Shown here in pieces: positions 21,459 through 31,845 of a stretch of 64,000 bases of DNA. The stretch lies in contig CAXXHG010000020.1 in assembly GCA_963666315.2 (NCBI GenBank), positions 1 through 64,000 on the forward strand. Reading direction: 5' to 3'. A model generated the notes under the pieces. It had not been told where the DNA came from. It was given only the letters and a program-made list of their open reading frames with translations, and did not search any database. How positions within the stretch are numbered: the first letter of the stretch is position 1; each line of letters starts with the position of its first letter. The position numbers were made by a program, and so were the translations under genes. The stretch comes from Candidatus Binatia bacterium (GTDB taxonomy: Bacteria; Desulfobacterota; Binatia; Bin18).

Positions 21459-21792
21459 ATGGCACGTAAAGCAAAAGGCAATCGTCCGACCTTTTTCGAT
21501 GATCCCCAGATCGACAAAGTCGTGGGGATTGTCATGGCCCTTACCGGGCGAGGTGTCGGTTCTGCGTGAGCGGATCGATACGATAGAGCGTATTGCGGCC
21601 GCGAAGGGCCTCTTTACCCGAGACGATATTGAGGCCTACCGCCCGGATGAGGCGGTTGCGGCCGCCCGAGACGCGTGGCGTGCAGAATATATCGAACGCG
21701 TCCTTCGAGTGGTGCACGAAGAGTTAGAAGGAATAGAGACAGGTGACACTGCGGAATTCTACGAAGCAGCCGTTCGTGCTGTTTCCTCCTAG
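21459..21792 (+). CDS. Small hypothetical protein with a +1 frameshift near 21546-21548
   Basis: MARKAKGNRPTFFDDPQIDKVVGIVMALTG joins EVSVLRERIDTIERI...AVSS if one G is removed from ACCGGGCGAG. Confidence 0.72.
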
Positions 21793-21959
21793 CCTGAGGC
21801 GCAACGGACGATGACAACGATACGCGCATCGTTTTGCAAGGGCGGCCAGCCGGTCGCCCTTTTTGCTTGGACTGTTCGCGACTCCGTTGACGCAGTTCTG
21901 TGTCCTTTTGTAACCGCGCAGATTCTCTGAAAGTCCGAACAAGAAAGTGAAGATGATCT

Positions 21960-24011
21960 ATGCCTCTCAAACTCGGCATTGACGTTGGCGGAACATTCAC
22001 CGACCTCATCCTTTTCGATGAAGACAGCGGCCGACAAGTCCGGGTCAAAACGCCGTCCACCCCGGCGGACCCATCGGTCGGCGTTTTGGCCGGCATCGAT
22101 AAAATCTGTCGCTCAGCGAACGTCTCACCGGGTGATATCGCCAGCATCATGCACGGTACGACGGTTGCCACGAATGCGGTTCTTGAAGGGAAAGGGGCAA
22201 GAGTCGGGCTCATCACCACCCAGGGCTTTAAGCAAATTCTCCATCTCGCCCGGTCGTGGACCCCGGGCCCGCTGGCCGGCTGGATTATTATGGAGAAGCC
22301 CGATCCACCCGCCGCACTCGAATACACACGCGAGGCCATAGAGCGCATAGACACGCGCGGTGAGATCATTACCCCGTTGGACGAAGACGCGATTCGCCTG
22401 GATCTGCAAGCGCTGGGCGCTCAGGGCATCGAAGCGCTCACCATTGCCTTAATCAATTCGTATGCGAATCAAGTCCATGAGCAGCGGATAAAAGAAATCG
22501 CCCAAGAGGTTCTTCCCACTATCCCTATTACCGCCTCCTCAGAAGTCCTGCCGGAGTTTCGGGAATACGAACGCACGCTCACCGCTGTCATGAATTCTTA
22601 CGTGCGGCCCAAGGTCGCCCGCTACATGCGCAGCTTTGCCGATCAATTAGCCTCACACGGCCTCAAAGCCGACGTGAATATTCTGCGCTCTGACGCGGGC
22701 CTCATGACCTTGCGTATGGCCCAGGAACGGCCGGTCTACGCGGTCATGTCAGGTCCAGCCGGGGGAGTCGCAGGCGCGTTGTATATTGCCAAGAAGGCCG
22801 GCTTTCCTAACCTGTTAACGCTCGATATGGGCGGTACGTCAACCGACGTTGCGATGTGCCAAGACGGCAGCCAAACGATTTCCCGCGAAACCACGCTCGG
22901 ATACTTTCCTATCAAAGTGCCTTCGGTCGATGTCCGCAGTATTGGCGCGGGCGGCGGCTCTATTGCCCATGTGCCTGAGATTACGAATGCGTTACGCGTC
23001 GGCCCACAGAGCGCGGGCGCAGATCCTGGCCCGGCCAGCTACGGTAAGGGCGGAACAGAGCCGACCGTCACAGACGCGAATGTTGTGCTCGGTCACTTGC
23101 CGCCCACACTACTCGGCGGTGAAATGACGCTGGATGAAGAGGCAGCCAAGGCCTCGGTTGAGCAGATCGGGAAGAAACTGCGTCTGGATGTGTATCAAGC
23201 CGCTCAAGGCATAATAGACATTGTGAATGAAAATATGCACGGCGCCCTGCGTCTGGTTTCCGTCCAGCGCGGCTACGATCCACGCACGCTGGCCTTGGTC
23301 GCCTTCGGGGGGGCGGGTCCCTTGCACGCCAACGCGGTCGCCAAACTCATTGGTACATTCCCTGTCCTGGTTCCGCCTGCCCCAGGCATCTTGTGTGCAA
23401 TGGGCGACGTGTGTTGTGACTACCGCGAAGAGTTTTCTCGAACGGTATTCCGCACTCTGGATCACATCACAGCTTCTGAGGTCATCGAAATCCTTGAACG
23501 GCTCGGTGAACAAGCAACCCGGTGGCTGGAACAAGAAGGCATTCCCCGCAGTCAACAGAAAATCTTCTACAACGCGGATATGCGCTATTTCCGTCAGGGT
23601 TACGAACTGCCTATCACCACGACGCTCGACGCTCTCCACGGCACAGGAATCGCTGCCCTGGCGGAGCAGTTCCACGCCTTGCACGAGCAGCTATACCGTT
23701 TTCGCCTGGATGCCGAATGTGAGATCGTGAACCTGCGCGCGATTGCTCTCGGCACGGGCACAACGCTGCATTGGCCTGAAGGAAAAACTGACGGCCCAGC
23801 CGCGTCCCACGCCCAGATTGACGAGCATCGTGTTTACTTTGACGGCGATTTTTTGACCACGCCGATTTATGATCGAGCCAAGCTCAAGCCCGGCAATCAA
23901 CTCCCCGGTCCCGCAATTGTCACCGAGATGGATTCAACCACGGTCGTGTTGCCAAACTTTGCTGGAGAGATAGATACGTATTCCAATATTTTGATTCGGC
24001 CCGCAGCATAA
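21960..24011 (+). CDS. hyuA: Hydantoinase A / oxoprolinase family subunit
   Basis: LGIDVGGTFTD, HGTTVATNA, MSGPAGG, DMGGTSTD, IGAGGGSIA motifs. Confidence 0.95.
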   Translation: MPLKLGIDVGGTFTDLILFDEDSGRQVRVKTPSTPADPSVGVLAGIDKICRSANVSPGDIASIMHGTTVATNAVLEGKGARVGLITTQGFKQILHLARSWTPGPLAGWIIMEKPDPPAALEYTREAIERIDTRGEIITPLDEDAIRLDLQALGAQGIEALTIALINSYANQVHEQRIKEIAQEVLPTIPITASSEVLPEFREYERTLTAVMNSYVRPKVARYMRSFADQLASHGLKADVNILRSDAGLMTLRMAQERPVYAVMSGPAGGVAGALYIAKKAGFPNLLTLDMGGTSTDVAMCQDGSQTISRETTLGYFPIKVPSVDVRSIGAGGGSIAHVPEITNALRVGPQSAGADPGPASYGKGGTEPTVTDANVVLGHLPPTLLGGEMTLDEEAAKASVEQIGKKLRLDVYQAAQGIIDIVNENMHGALRLVSVQRGYDPRTLALVAFGGAGPLHANAVAKLIGTFPVLVPPAPGILCAMGDVCCDYREEFSRTVFRTLDHITASEVIEILERLGEQATRWLEQEGIPRSQQKIFYNADMRYFRQGYELPITTTLDALHGTGIAALAEQFHALHEQLYRFRLDAECEIVNLRAIALGTGTTLHWPEGKTDGPAASHAQIDEHRVYFDGDFLTTPIYDRAKLKPGNQLPGPAIVTEMDSTTVVLPNFAGEIDTYSNILIRPAA

Positions 24012-24027
24012 CGAAGGGGAGCCCTCC

Positions 24028-25920
24028 ATGCGAGATGTAAAAATTGCTAAAATTCCGGATATCGAGATCGACCCCGTCACCCTCGATATTATTGAAAGCG
24101 CGCTCAAGAACTACCGCTACGAAATGGACGCAGTGCTGTTCCGCACGGCCATGTCGCCCGTCATCCGCGAACAGCACGACGAGTTCCCCATGATCTGTGA
24201 CCCGAACGGGCGCATGGTCGTCGGCCAGTTCGGCTCCTATATTCGCGAGATGATGGAAAGCTTTGACCACCCGCTCTATCCGGGCGACGTGATTCTGCTC
24301 AACGATCCTTATCTATGCGGCGGCGCGATTTCTCATATCAACGATTTCCTCGTGCTCGTCCCGGTCTTTGACGACGGTAATGAACTTATCGGCTGGGCGT
24401 CCATGTTCGGCCATCAGATGGACGTGGGCGGTCCTCTACCAGGTTCGTTTCCAACCAATGCCACCTCGATCTTTGGTGAGGGCCTGCGCATCCCGCCCGT
24501 CAAGCTGTTTGAAAAAGGCCAGCTCAATCAAGGCATATTAGATCTCATTTTGAACAATGTCCGCATCCCGATGATGAATCGCTCGGATTTGATGGGCATT
24601 GTGGCCGGCTGTAAAACTGCCGAACAGCGGGTGCGCGAACTGTGCGAACGCTTTGGCCGCGACACCTATCTGGCCGCCTGCCAGGCATTGCTGGATCGGA
24701 CCTACCGCGCTGTGCAAACCCTCATTCAAAAGAACATCCCCACTGAGCCGCAGTCCTTTGAAGATTATATTGACGACGATGGATGCGGAAACGGTCCGTT
24801 CAAAATGAAACTCACCATCTGGCGTGAGGGCGATAAGGCCATCTTTGATTGGGCCGGCACTGACCCGCAGGCCAGGGGTCCGGTCAACTTTTACCTCAAC
24901 CCCGGCATGTTCAAAATGTTCATCGGTGTGTATCTGATCATGGTCTACGACCCACAAATTATGTTTAACGACGGGTTTTATGACCTCATCGACGCCCGCA
25001 TCCCGGACGGTTCGCTGCTCCACCCCAAATTCCCCGCAGCCTTAGGCTGTCGGACGCATGCCCTGTCCCGATTGTTTGACGTCATGGGCGGCTGTCTTGG
25101 CCAGAAGAGTCCGGAACTCACGACGGCGGCCGGCTACGGCACCAGCCCGCACCTGTTGTATAGCGGCAACGATACAAACGATAAGTTCTTTTTTATTATG
25201 GAAATCGGCTATGGCGGCATTCCTGGCCGACCTATTGGCGACGGCATGGACGGCCATTCCTGGTGGCCGCTGTTTACCAATATCCCCACAGAATATCTCG
25301 AAAGCTATTGTCCCCTGCGTGTAGACCGCTACTCGTCGGTTATCGACTCAGGGGGAGCAGGTCGGCATCGTGGGGGGAACGGCATCGACAAGAGGTACAC
25401 CTTTCTCGAGTCCGGTGAGATTGCCATTCATGACGATCGCTGGCTCACGCCGCCGTGGGGTATTCTCGGTGGGAAACCCGGTATGCGCTCAACCAAGATC
25501 CTTGTCCGCGCCGACGGGTCGCGTACGGTTCTGCCGTCAAAATGCGATCAGATCAAAGTAGAGTCCGGCGATCAACTCATCTTCCAAACCGCAGGCGGCG
25601 GCGGCTGGGGCGATCCGCTGGAACGAGACGTTGAAAAAGTTCATATCGATGTGATCCGTGGGCTGGTTTCGGTTGAAAAGGCGAAGTCCGATTATGGCGT
25701 CGTCCTTGATCCGGAGACCCATGACGTAGAGGATGCCGCAACACGGGCACTTCGGGAGGAGATGGCAGCGAGCCGAGGCGAACGACAGACGTTTGATTTC
25801 GGCCCTCCTTTGGAGGAACTCCTCGCTCGCTGCAAAGAGGAGACGGGACTTGAGCCGCCGACTGCCCCCAAGCTGCCACAAGGCTGGGAGACGAATGGAG
25901 TGAAGAAAGTTGCGGCATAG
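24028..25920 (+). CDS. hyuB: Hydantoinase B / oxoprolinase family subunit
   Basis: RTAMSPVIREQHD, LNDPYLCGGAISHIND, GHQMDVGG, AGGGGWGDP motifs. Confidence 0.95.
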   Translation: MRDVKIAKIPDIEIDPVTLDIIESALKNYRYEMDAVLFRTAMSPVIREQHDEFPMICDPNGRMVVGQFGSYIREMMESFDHPLYPGDVILLNDPYLCGGAISHINDFLVLVPVFDDGNELIGWASMFGHQMDVGGPLPGSFPTNATSIFGEGLRIPPVKLFEKGQLNQGILDLILNNVRIPMMNRSDLMGIVAGCKTAEQRVRELCERFGRDTYLAACQALLDRTYRAVQTLIQKNIPTEPQSFEDYIDDDGCGNGPFKMKLTIWREGDKAIFDWAGTDPQARGPVNFYLNPGMFKMFIGVYLIMVYDPQIMFNDGFYDLIDARIPDGSLLHPKFPAALGCRTHALSRLFDVMGGCLGQKSPELTTAAGYGTSPHLLYSGNDTNDKFFFIMEIGYGGIPGRPIGDGMDGHSWWPLFTNIPTEYLESYCPLRVDRYSSVIDSGGAGRHRGGNGIDKRYTFLESGEIAIHDDRWLTPPWGILGGKPGMRSTKILVRADGSRTVLPSKCDQIKVESGDQLIFQTAGGGGWGDPLERDVEKVHIDVIRGLVSVEKAKSDYGVVLDPETHDVEDAATRALREEMAASRGERQTFDFGPPLEELLARCKEETGLEPPTAPKLPQGWETNGVKKVAA

Positions 25921-25936
25921 TCTTTCTTTATTTGCC

Positions 25937-26476
25937 ATGAGCGACACACCCCCCCTGCACCAAGAGCGCCCAGCACACTGCGCCCCTCCAGTGGTAAGGA
26001 ATCGAGTCTGGGCCACACTGCTCGGCTTAATCCTGCTCTGCCCCCTGTCGTGCGACCAGCTGAGCGACCAGCCATTAACCGGACACCGCGATATTGCCGT
26101 AGCACTGCGGTCGTTACTCGATCTCGCCTACACAGGACCAGACTATCCAACCTACCATGCCGAGCTTCTATCCTTCGTAATGCATGTTCAGGAAAAGATA
26201 GAGGCGACGCCCCACGCAATGCGTCCGTATGTGAGTACCATCATGGCGTATTTACGAACCGCAGACGAAGTGCTCCAGTGGCAAGCGCAACAATCCGAAG
26301 ACCACAGGCCACCCCAGCTCGCAACCTGGACGGGCCGCTACCCGTTTCTCCAGGCAGCAATCGGGGCACGTTTCGAAGCGCCGGGAGTCTTTGATGTGGA
26401 GACTGCAGTGCAACTGCTGCTTGAGAAAACAGACCAAACGCTGGTCGCTATGCAGATAAAAAATAAACCCATTTAA
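25937..26476 (+). CDS. Hypothetical membrane-anchored protein / lipoprotein
   Basis: Hydrophobic segment ending PLSC, then a helical domain. Co-oriented in the operon. Confidence 0.6.
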   Translation: MSDTPPLHQERPAHCAPPVVRNRVWATLLGLILLCPLSCDQLSDQPLTGHRDIAVALRSLLDLAYTGPDYPTYHAELLSFVMHVQEKIEATPHAMRPYVSTIMAYLRTADEVLQWQAQQSEDHRPPQLATWTGRYPFLQAAIGARFEAPGVFDVETAVQLLLEKTDQTLVAMQIKNKPI

Positions 26477-26527
26477 TTATTATGAACGGCCTGTCAGCAT
26501 GTGCAGCATGTATTTGAGGAGAGACCC

Positions 26528-27283
26528 ATGGGCAAACTCGACAACAAGTGTGCCTTAGTCACCGGCTCAAGCAGTGGCATAGGAAAAGCCGTCGCTGTGG
26601 CGTTTGCAAAAGAAGGCGCTGATCTTGTGATCAACTATCCGAACGACACGCAGGCTGACAATGCTGCTGCCGTAAAAGGCGACATCGAAGCACTCGGCCG
26701 GCGGGTCACGGCAATACAAGCCGACGTATCAAAAGAAAACGATGTTCAGCAGCTCATTGATACAACCATGCAGACCTATGGACGCATAGATGTGTTGGTC
26801 AACAATGCCGGCATTGCCACTGCCGCAACAATAGGCGATATGCCCGTTGCCATGTGGGATCAGATGTTGGCCGTGAATCTACGCAGTGTCTTCCTGTGTA
26901 CGCGCCTCGTCCTGCCCATTATGTACGAACAAGAGTATGGCAAGATTATTAACACAGCTTCACAGCTTGCCTATCTCGGCTCGCCGGGCCTGAGTCATTA
27001 CTGCGCTGCAAAGGCGGCCATCATTGCGTTTACCCGCTCACTGTCACGCGAAATCGGCACCCGCAATATCAACGCTAATTGTGTTGCCCCTGGGGCAACA
27101 CAGACGCCCATATTAGACGGCATCGGCACGGAGACGCTCGAAGCCATCCGCGCCAGCATCCCCAAAGGCCGCTTAGCCAGCGTGGACGAGATCGCCCCAG
27201 CCTATGTCTTTCTTGCCTGTGACGAATCGCGCCACTTTGTCGGGCAGTGCTTAAGTCCCAACGGTGGAGATATCATGCTGTAG
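26528..27283 (+). CDS. SDR family oxidoreductase (FabG-like)
   Basis: TGSSSGIG, NNAG, YCAAK catalytic motif. RBS GAGGAG. Confidence 0.93.
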   Translation: MGKLDNKCALVTGSSSGIGKAVAVAFAKEGADLVINYPNDTQADNAAAVKGDIEALGRRVTAIQADVSKENDVQQLIDTTMQTYGRIDVLVNNAGIATAATIGDMPVAMWDQMLAVNLRSVFLCTRLVLPIMYEQEYGKIINTASQLAYLGSPGLSHYCAAKAAIIAFTRSLSREIGTRNINANCVAPGATQTPILDGIGTETLEAIRASIPKGRLASVDEIAPAYVFLACDESRHFVGQCLSPNGGDIML

Positions 27284-27372
27284 CCGCGTCACCGCGTCAT
27301 GGGCGCAGCAGGGCCGAAAGCAGGGGGTCCCGTCCTTGCCTCCCCCCTGCTGCGCCTATAGACTCGGCCGCC

Positions 27373-28611
27373 GTGCCAGAGTCGTCCACATCACGCCAGC
27401 CGTCCCCGCCCGAGTCCCCACCACAGCACATTGAGGAAGTTCTCTTCACCCGGAATTTCATTTTGCTGTGTATCGGGACCTTTCTGTTCGCTGCGAGTAT
27501 GTTCCTCCTTTTCGCCGTCCTGCCGGTGTTTGTGGTGGAGGAGTTGCATGGAGCAGATTCTCAGGTCGGCCTTATCATGGGAGTGTTTGCCGTCTCGGCG
27601 TTGCTCGCTCGACCCCTGTCAGGACGACTGGTCGATCAGTGGAGCCGTAAGACCGTTCTCAGTATTGGTGCGGCGCTCTATTGTCTTGCCCCGGCTTTAT
27701 ACACCCAGGCCGAATCTGTGCCTGTCATGCTGGGTCTCCGGTTTTTCCACGGGTTCGGAATTGCCGCTTACACCACGGCGGCGGGTGTGTTTGTTGCCGA
27801 TATTGCACCGCCTAGCCGTCGTGGCGAAGGCATGGGCTACTACGGCATGTCGCTCAATCTCGCGATGACTATTGGCCCGGCCCTAGGGGCCATGCTCATC
27901 GGGCATATTAGTTATGATACCCTCTTCTGGATGTGCGCGGCGCTGGCTTTCGGAAGTCTGCTGCTCTCGCGGTCCTTACAGGAACCAACGCGGATACCGG
28001 CCCCCGATCACACCGAAACACAACCTGCCCAATGGGTGAGCCGGGCAGCCCTCTTTCCCGGCTTCATTGCCGTGTGTATGACCGTGACGTTCGGCGCAGT
28101 CGTCTCGTTTCTGCCTCTTTTTGCCAAAGCGCATAATTTTGGTAATCCAGGCGTCTATTTCACCCTCTACTCTATTGTCGTCGTCATCTCACGTCCCTTT
28201 GCCGGACGCTGGTCCGACCGCTATGGTCGCGCGGCGGTCGTCATTCCGGGTATGGCATGCCTGACTGCCGCCATGATCACCCTGGCCTTCTCTTCTTCTA
28301 TGACCGGCATACTATCCAGCGCGGTTTTACAAGGCTTGGGGTTTGGCGTAGTGCAGCCGGCCATCATGGCGCTCACGGTTGATCGTTCAACACCTCACGA
28401 ACGCGGACTCGCCCTTGCCACGTTGATGGGCGCATTCGACGTGGGCGTGGGACTCAGCAGTATCCTTCTCGGTCTCGTTCTCGACTACACTAATTTCACG
28501 GTCATGTTTTCATGCGCTGGCGGCGTTGCCCTGCTAGGCCTGATGGGAGCAGCCTGGGGGCTGCGACAGAATCGAGAACGTCTGCAAGAACGGGTACCGG
28601 AACGTAGATAG
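27373..28611 (+). CDS. MFS transporter
   Basis: About 12 hydrophobic segments; GRLVDQWSRK and GRWSDRYGR motif A. Start (GTG) uncertain. Confidence 0.9.
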   Translation: MPESSTSRQPSPPESPPQHIEEVLFTRNFILLCIGTFLFAASMFLLFAVLPVFVVEELHGADSQVGLIMGVFAVSALLARPLSGRLVDQWSRKTVLSIGAALYCLAPALYTQAESVPVMLGLRFFHGFGIAAYTTAAGVFVADIAPPSRRGEGMGYYGMSLNLAMTIGPALGAMLIGHISYDTLFWMCAALAFGSLLLSRSLQEPTRIPAPDHTETQPAQWVSRAALFPGFIAVCMTVTFGAVVSFLPLFAKAHNFGNPGVYFTLYSIVVVISRPFAGRWSDRYGRAAVVIPGMACLTAAMITLAFSSSMTGILSSAVLQGLGFGVVQPAIMALTVDRSTPHERGLALATLMGAFDVGVGLSSILLGLVLDYTNFTVMFSCAGGVALLGLMGAAWGLRQNRERLQERVPERR

Positions 28612-28706
28612 GAACACCGCCCCGCCGCAGCGTTCTCTCCTTGCGGTGGCCCGAGGGCTCGGCTAGGCTGATGCCAATACCGTTGGACTTGGAGGCTATC
28701 ACATAC

Positions 28707-30056
28707 ATGAAGAAGACAGTTCTGGCCCTTCTCTTTTGCAGCGTCCTCGTTGTCGGTCTACTGTTTGCGAACCAGGTCAACTCACAAGGCCAGGACCTCC
28801 CGAACCGAGAAGATATCCAGCAATGGATCGCAATGAACCTGGATAGCATCCCTCAATTCGAAGAGGGCGACATACTCAAGCAGGCCGACCTCGATAAGCT
28901 CCGACCCTTTCTCCCCCCGCGCTATATAGACGAGTATAATTTCCCAGAGGTTGCGTTTTCCGTTGCATCAACCGGACATTACCCGCCTCACCCCGACTAT
29001 CTGGCCGCGACCGAGCAGTACGCAAATCAAACCCGGCTGGCGGCGGACGGTGCGCTCGAAAACTATATTGCCGGACGACCGTTCGCTCGCGCTCTCATCA
29101 ACCCCGACGACCCGATGTCCGGGCTGAAAGCAGCCTGGAATTTTAATTACCGCTGGCAGTACTACGGCATGAATGTGAAGCGCTATCTGGGCGCACTCAT
29201 CGCCAAGGGGGGAAACGCCTCCCAGCTGTCCGGTTTCCCGGAGGATCTTATTCAGGGCGGCGGCAGAGTCATCCGGCATCTCGTCGCGTTATACCAGCGC
29301 GCCTACCATAACCACTTGGCTCAGCTATCCCAGCAGGGCCATCTCCTGCCGATCGATGATGCAGGTCGATTTGAATACAAGGACTATGTCGAGTTCCTTG
29401 AACCGTACGATGTCCGTGGACAGCGGTTTATGATCTATCGCTACGACGATCCCCGCAAGCAAGACGACGCGTGGGGCTTTCTCCCCCAACTGCACAAAGT
29501 CCGCAGACTGTCCACCCACGAGCGGGACGATTCAATCGCTGGGACGGATATGACGCTTGATGACTTCACCGGATTCTCCGGTCGCATTCTCGACCACACC
29601 TGGAAATTTCTAGGCTGGAAGGTCCTCTTGCACGTTATGAATTCGCGCAACCCGTATGCGCGTTTCTACGGACCCAACGGCTGGCTGCCCAACGATCGCT
29701 GGGAACTCCGTCTATGTGCCGTAGTTGAACAAACACCGACCTCAACACGTAACTACGGCAGCAAAATTTATTTTTGGGACGCCGAGACGTATGAGACCTC
29801 TATGGTGCTGGTTTTAGACCGGGAAGGTGTGTTGTGGAAAGTGATCGACCTCTTGCACGGCTGGTCTGAAGACGCGAGCCAACCAGAGGCCGACCGCGGC
29901 AAGAACCTGCCGCGCAATATCGGCTTCAGCATTGTCGATGTCAAACAAGAACAGGCCACCATCTTCTCAGCCTATACGATTGTCTATCCAGAGCTCACCG
30001 TCGATGAAATTGAGGAACGCTACGACATTAACAAGCTGACCGAGGGTCGGCGGTAA
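28707..30056 (+). CDS. DUF1329 family protein (second paralogue)
   Basis: Signal peptide; EPYDVRG, DDAWGFLPQLHKVRRLS, DDFTGFSG; similar to 10925-12364 along its length. Confidence 0.88.
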   Translation: MKKTVLALLFCSVLVVGLLFANQVNSQGQDLPNREDIQQWIAMNLDSIPQFEEGDILKQADLDKLRPFLPPRYIDEYNFPEVAFSVASTGHYPPHPDYLAATEQYANQTRLAADGALENYIAGRPFARALINPDDPMSGLKAAWNFNYRWQYYGMNVKRYLGALIAKGGNASQLSGFPEDLIQGGGRVIRHLVALYQRAYHNHLAQLSQQGHLLPIDDAGRFEYKDYVEFLEPYDVRGQRFMIYRYDDPRKQDDAWGFLPQLHKVRRLSTHERDDSIAGTDMTLDDFTGFSGRILDHTWKFLGWKVLLHVMNSRNPYARFYGPNGWLPNDRWELRLCAVVEQTPTSTRNYGSKIYFWDAETYETSMVLVLDREGVLWKVIDLLHGWSEDASQPEADRGKNLPRNIGFSIVDVKQEQATIFSAYTIVYPELTVDEIEERYDINKLTEGRR

Positions 30057-30058
30057 TT

Positions 30059-31249
30059 TCAGACAACATCTTCACTTCGCAAACGCTTTACATCTTGTGC
30101 CGAATAGCCGAGTAGAGTCGTCAGGATCTGCTCGGTATGCTCGCCCAGCAAAGGCGGTGGCAACCGGTATTCGACCGGCGTGGCGGACAGCTTGAGCGGC
30201 GAGCCCGTTACATGGACCTCGCCGGCCGTTGGATGGGGCATGGACACCCGCATATCACGCGCACGGACCTGTGGGTCGGCGAAGACCTCGGCTATAGTCT
30301 GAATCGGGCCACAGGCAACGCCGGCATTCCGCATGTGCCGCAACCAGACCTCTACCTCGCGAGTGCGAAAAACATCTTGCAGCAGCGGAATGATAACGTC
30401 GCGATGTTGCACGCGGGCCGGATTGGTCGCAAAGCGTTCGTCACCAGCCAGTTCCGGCCGTTCGATGAGCTGACACAATTTTTGCCACTGTGCGTCATTT
30501 CCGACAGCCAAACAGAAAGAGCCGTCCTGCGCCTGGAAGGATTCATACGGCACAATCGACGGATGGGCATTGCCATAGCGGCCCGGTGGGTTTCCCGACA
30601 CCAAATAATTACTGGCGACGTTCGCCAGCCAGCTGACTTGTACATCCAACAGAGAAATATCAATCGCTTGGCCTGTGCCCGTTTTCGTGCGGGCCAGCAG
30701 TGCGGCCTGTATCGCATTGGCCGCAAATAAACCGGCAGTGATGTCGGTGATGGCCACACCGACTTTCATCGACGCACCGTCCGCTTCTCCGGTGATACTC
30801 ATCACTCCGCCTCGGCCCTGAATAATGAAATCGTAACCGGGCAAGTCTTTATCCGGACCTGTCTGGCCGTAGCCGGTAATGGAACAGTAGACGAGACCCT
30901 CGTTTTCTTGCTTGAGGTGCTCGTAGCCCAACCCGAGCGAGACCATTTCCCCGGCTTTAAAGTTTTCGATCAGGACATCACTGCTTTGGGCAAGACGACG
31001 GACGAGTTGACAACCAGTATCCGACTTAAGATTGATAGTAATACTCTTCTTATTGCGGTTGACGCACAGGTAGTACGCGCTCTCACCGCCGGCAAACGGC
31101 GGCCCCCAGGCGCGCGTATCGTCACCGCTTCTGGGCCGTTCTACTTTGATCACCTCAGCCCCAAGATCTCCCAGCAGCATGGCGCAGAACGGTCCGGCCA
31201 ATATGCGCGAGAGGTCAAGTACACGAAATCCTTCTAACGCTCGCAGCAT
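30059..31249 (-). CDS. CaiB/BaiF family III CoA-transferase
   Basis: LEGFRVLDLSRILAGPFC, GDDTRAWGPPF, NRNKKS, CSITGYGQTGP motifs. Confidence 0.95.
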   Translation of the reverse strand: MLRALEGFRVLDLSRILAGPFCAMLLGDLGAEVIKVERPRSGDDTRAWGPPFAGGESAYYLCVNRNKKSITINLKSDTGCQLVRRLAQSSDVLIENFKAGEMVSLGLGYEHLKQENEGLVYCSITGYGQTGPDKDLPGYDFIIQGRGGVMSITGEADGASMKVGVAITDITAGLFAANAIQAALLARTKTGTGQAIDISLLDVQVSWLANVASNYLVSGNPPGRYGNAHPSIVPYESFQAQDGSFCLAVGNDAQWQKLCQLIERPELAGDERFATNPARVQHRDVIIPLLQDVFRTREVEVWLRHMRNAGVACGPIQTIAEVFADPQVRARDMRVSMPHPTAGEVHVTGSPLKLSATPVEYRLPPPLLGEHTEQILTTLLGYSAQDVKRLRSEDVV

Positions 31250-31487
31250 GATTTTTACTCCATATTGGAGGTACTCCACGTCGGAGGTGTACGCCGTAGG
31301 GCGATCGCTGCGCAATCCCCCTGACTTCTGAGCACGGTTTGAAAAAGCTTCTTGAAATATCCTTGGAAATTCTCTGCGGCGTTCACACCCTGCACCCAAA
31401 TGTGGTATAGTTACCTGTGTACAGCTCATCGTCCGCATGGGCTTGGAGTGGAATTGAAGATCCCGAGAGGATGTGGGGAGGTTGAGG

Positions 31488-31727
31488 ATGAAGGGAATAT
31501 TCACCTATCAGTGTCAAGACTGCGAAGGATCGGTTACTCATGTTCCAAATGGCTGCTGTCCGATTTGTGGATCACAAGCTGTGGATCCACTCGGGTGGTG
31601 TCAGCTCTCCCCGGACGAGCGGATCAGTTGGCTTGGTCGGATACGTGGCCGCTTGCGCCGCTCTCACCAAGGCGATGGAACACCTGTTCCTTCTCCCCTC
31701 GCCTCAGTAGAACACGTCGTCAAGTAA
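31488..31727 (+). CDS. Small Zn-ribbon protein (CxxC...CPxCG)
   Basis: MKGIFTYQCQDCEGSVTHVPNGCCPICGSQAV; GGAGG upstream. Confidence 0.6.
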   Translation: MKGIFTYQCQDCEGSVTHVPNGCCPICGSQAVDPLGWCQLSPDERISWLGRIRGRLRRSHQGDGTPVPSPLASVEHVVK

Positions 31728-31782
31728 GACAGACGTCGCGTAGACACGTCGTCGCGTAAATACGTTGTAGGGCACAAAACAA

Positions 31783-31807
31783 AGAGGCGTCCCGTTAGGA
31801 CGCCTCT
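31783..31807 (-). terminator. Rho-independent terminator after the amidohydrolase
   Basis: AGAGGCGTCC-CGTTA-GGACGCCTCT stem followed by a T-rich run on the minus strand. Confidence 0.75.
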
Positions 31808-31845
31808 CTATCTCTACTTGCCATACTTGGTACGCGCGCGCGTTG

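Noticed and set aside
21614-26219. Long antisense ORFs over hyuA/hyuB (e.g. 21614-22369, 23109-23684, 24538-25023)
   Set aside because: Typical antisense shadows of GC-rich coding sequence, with no motifs of their own.
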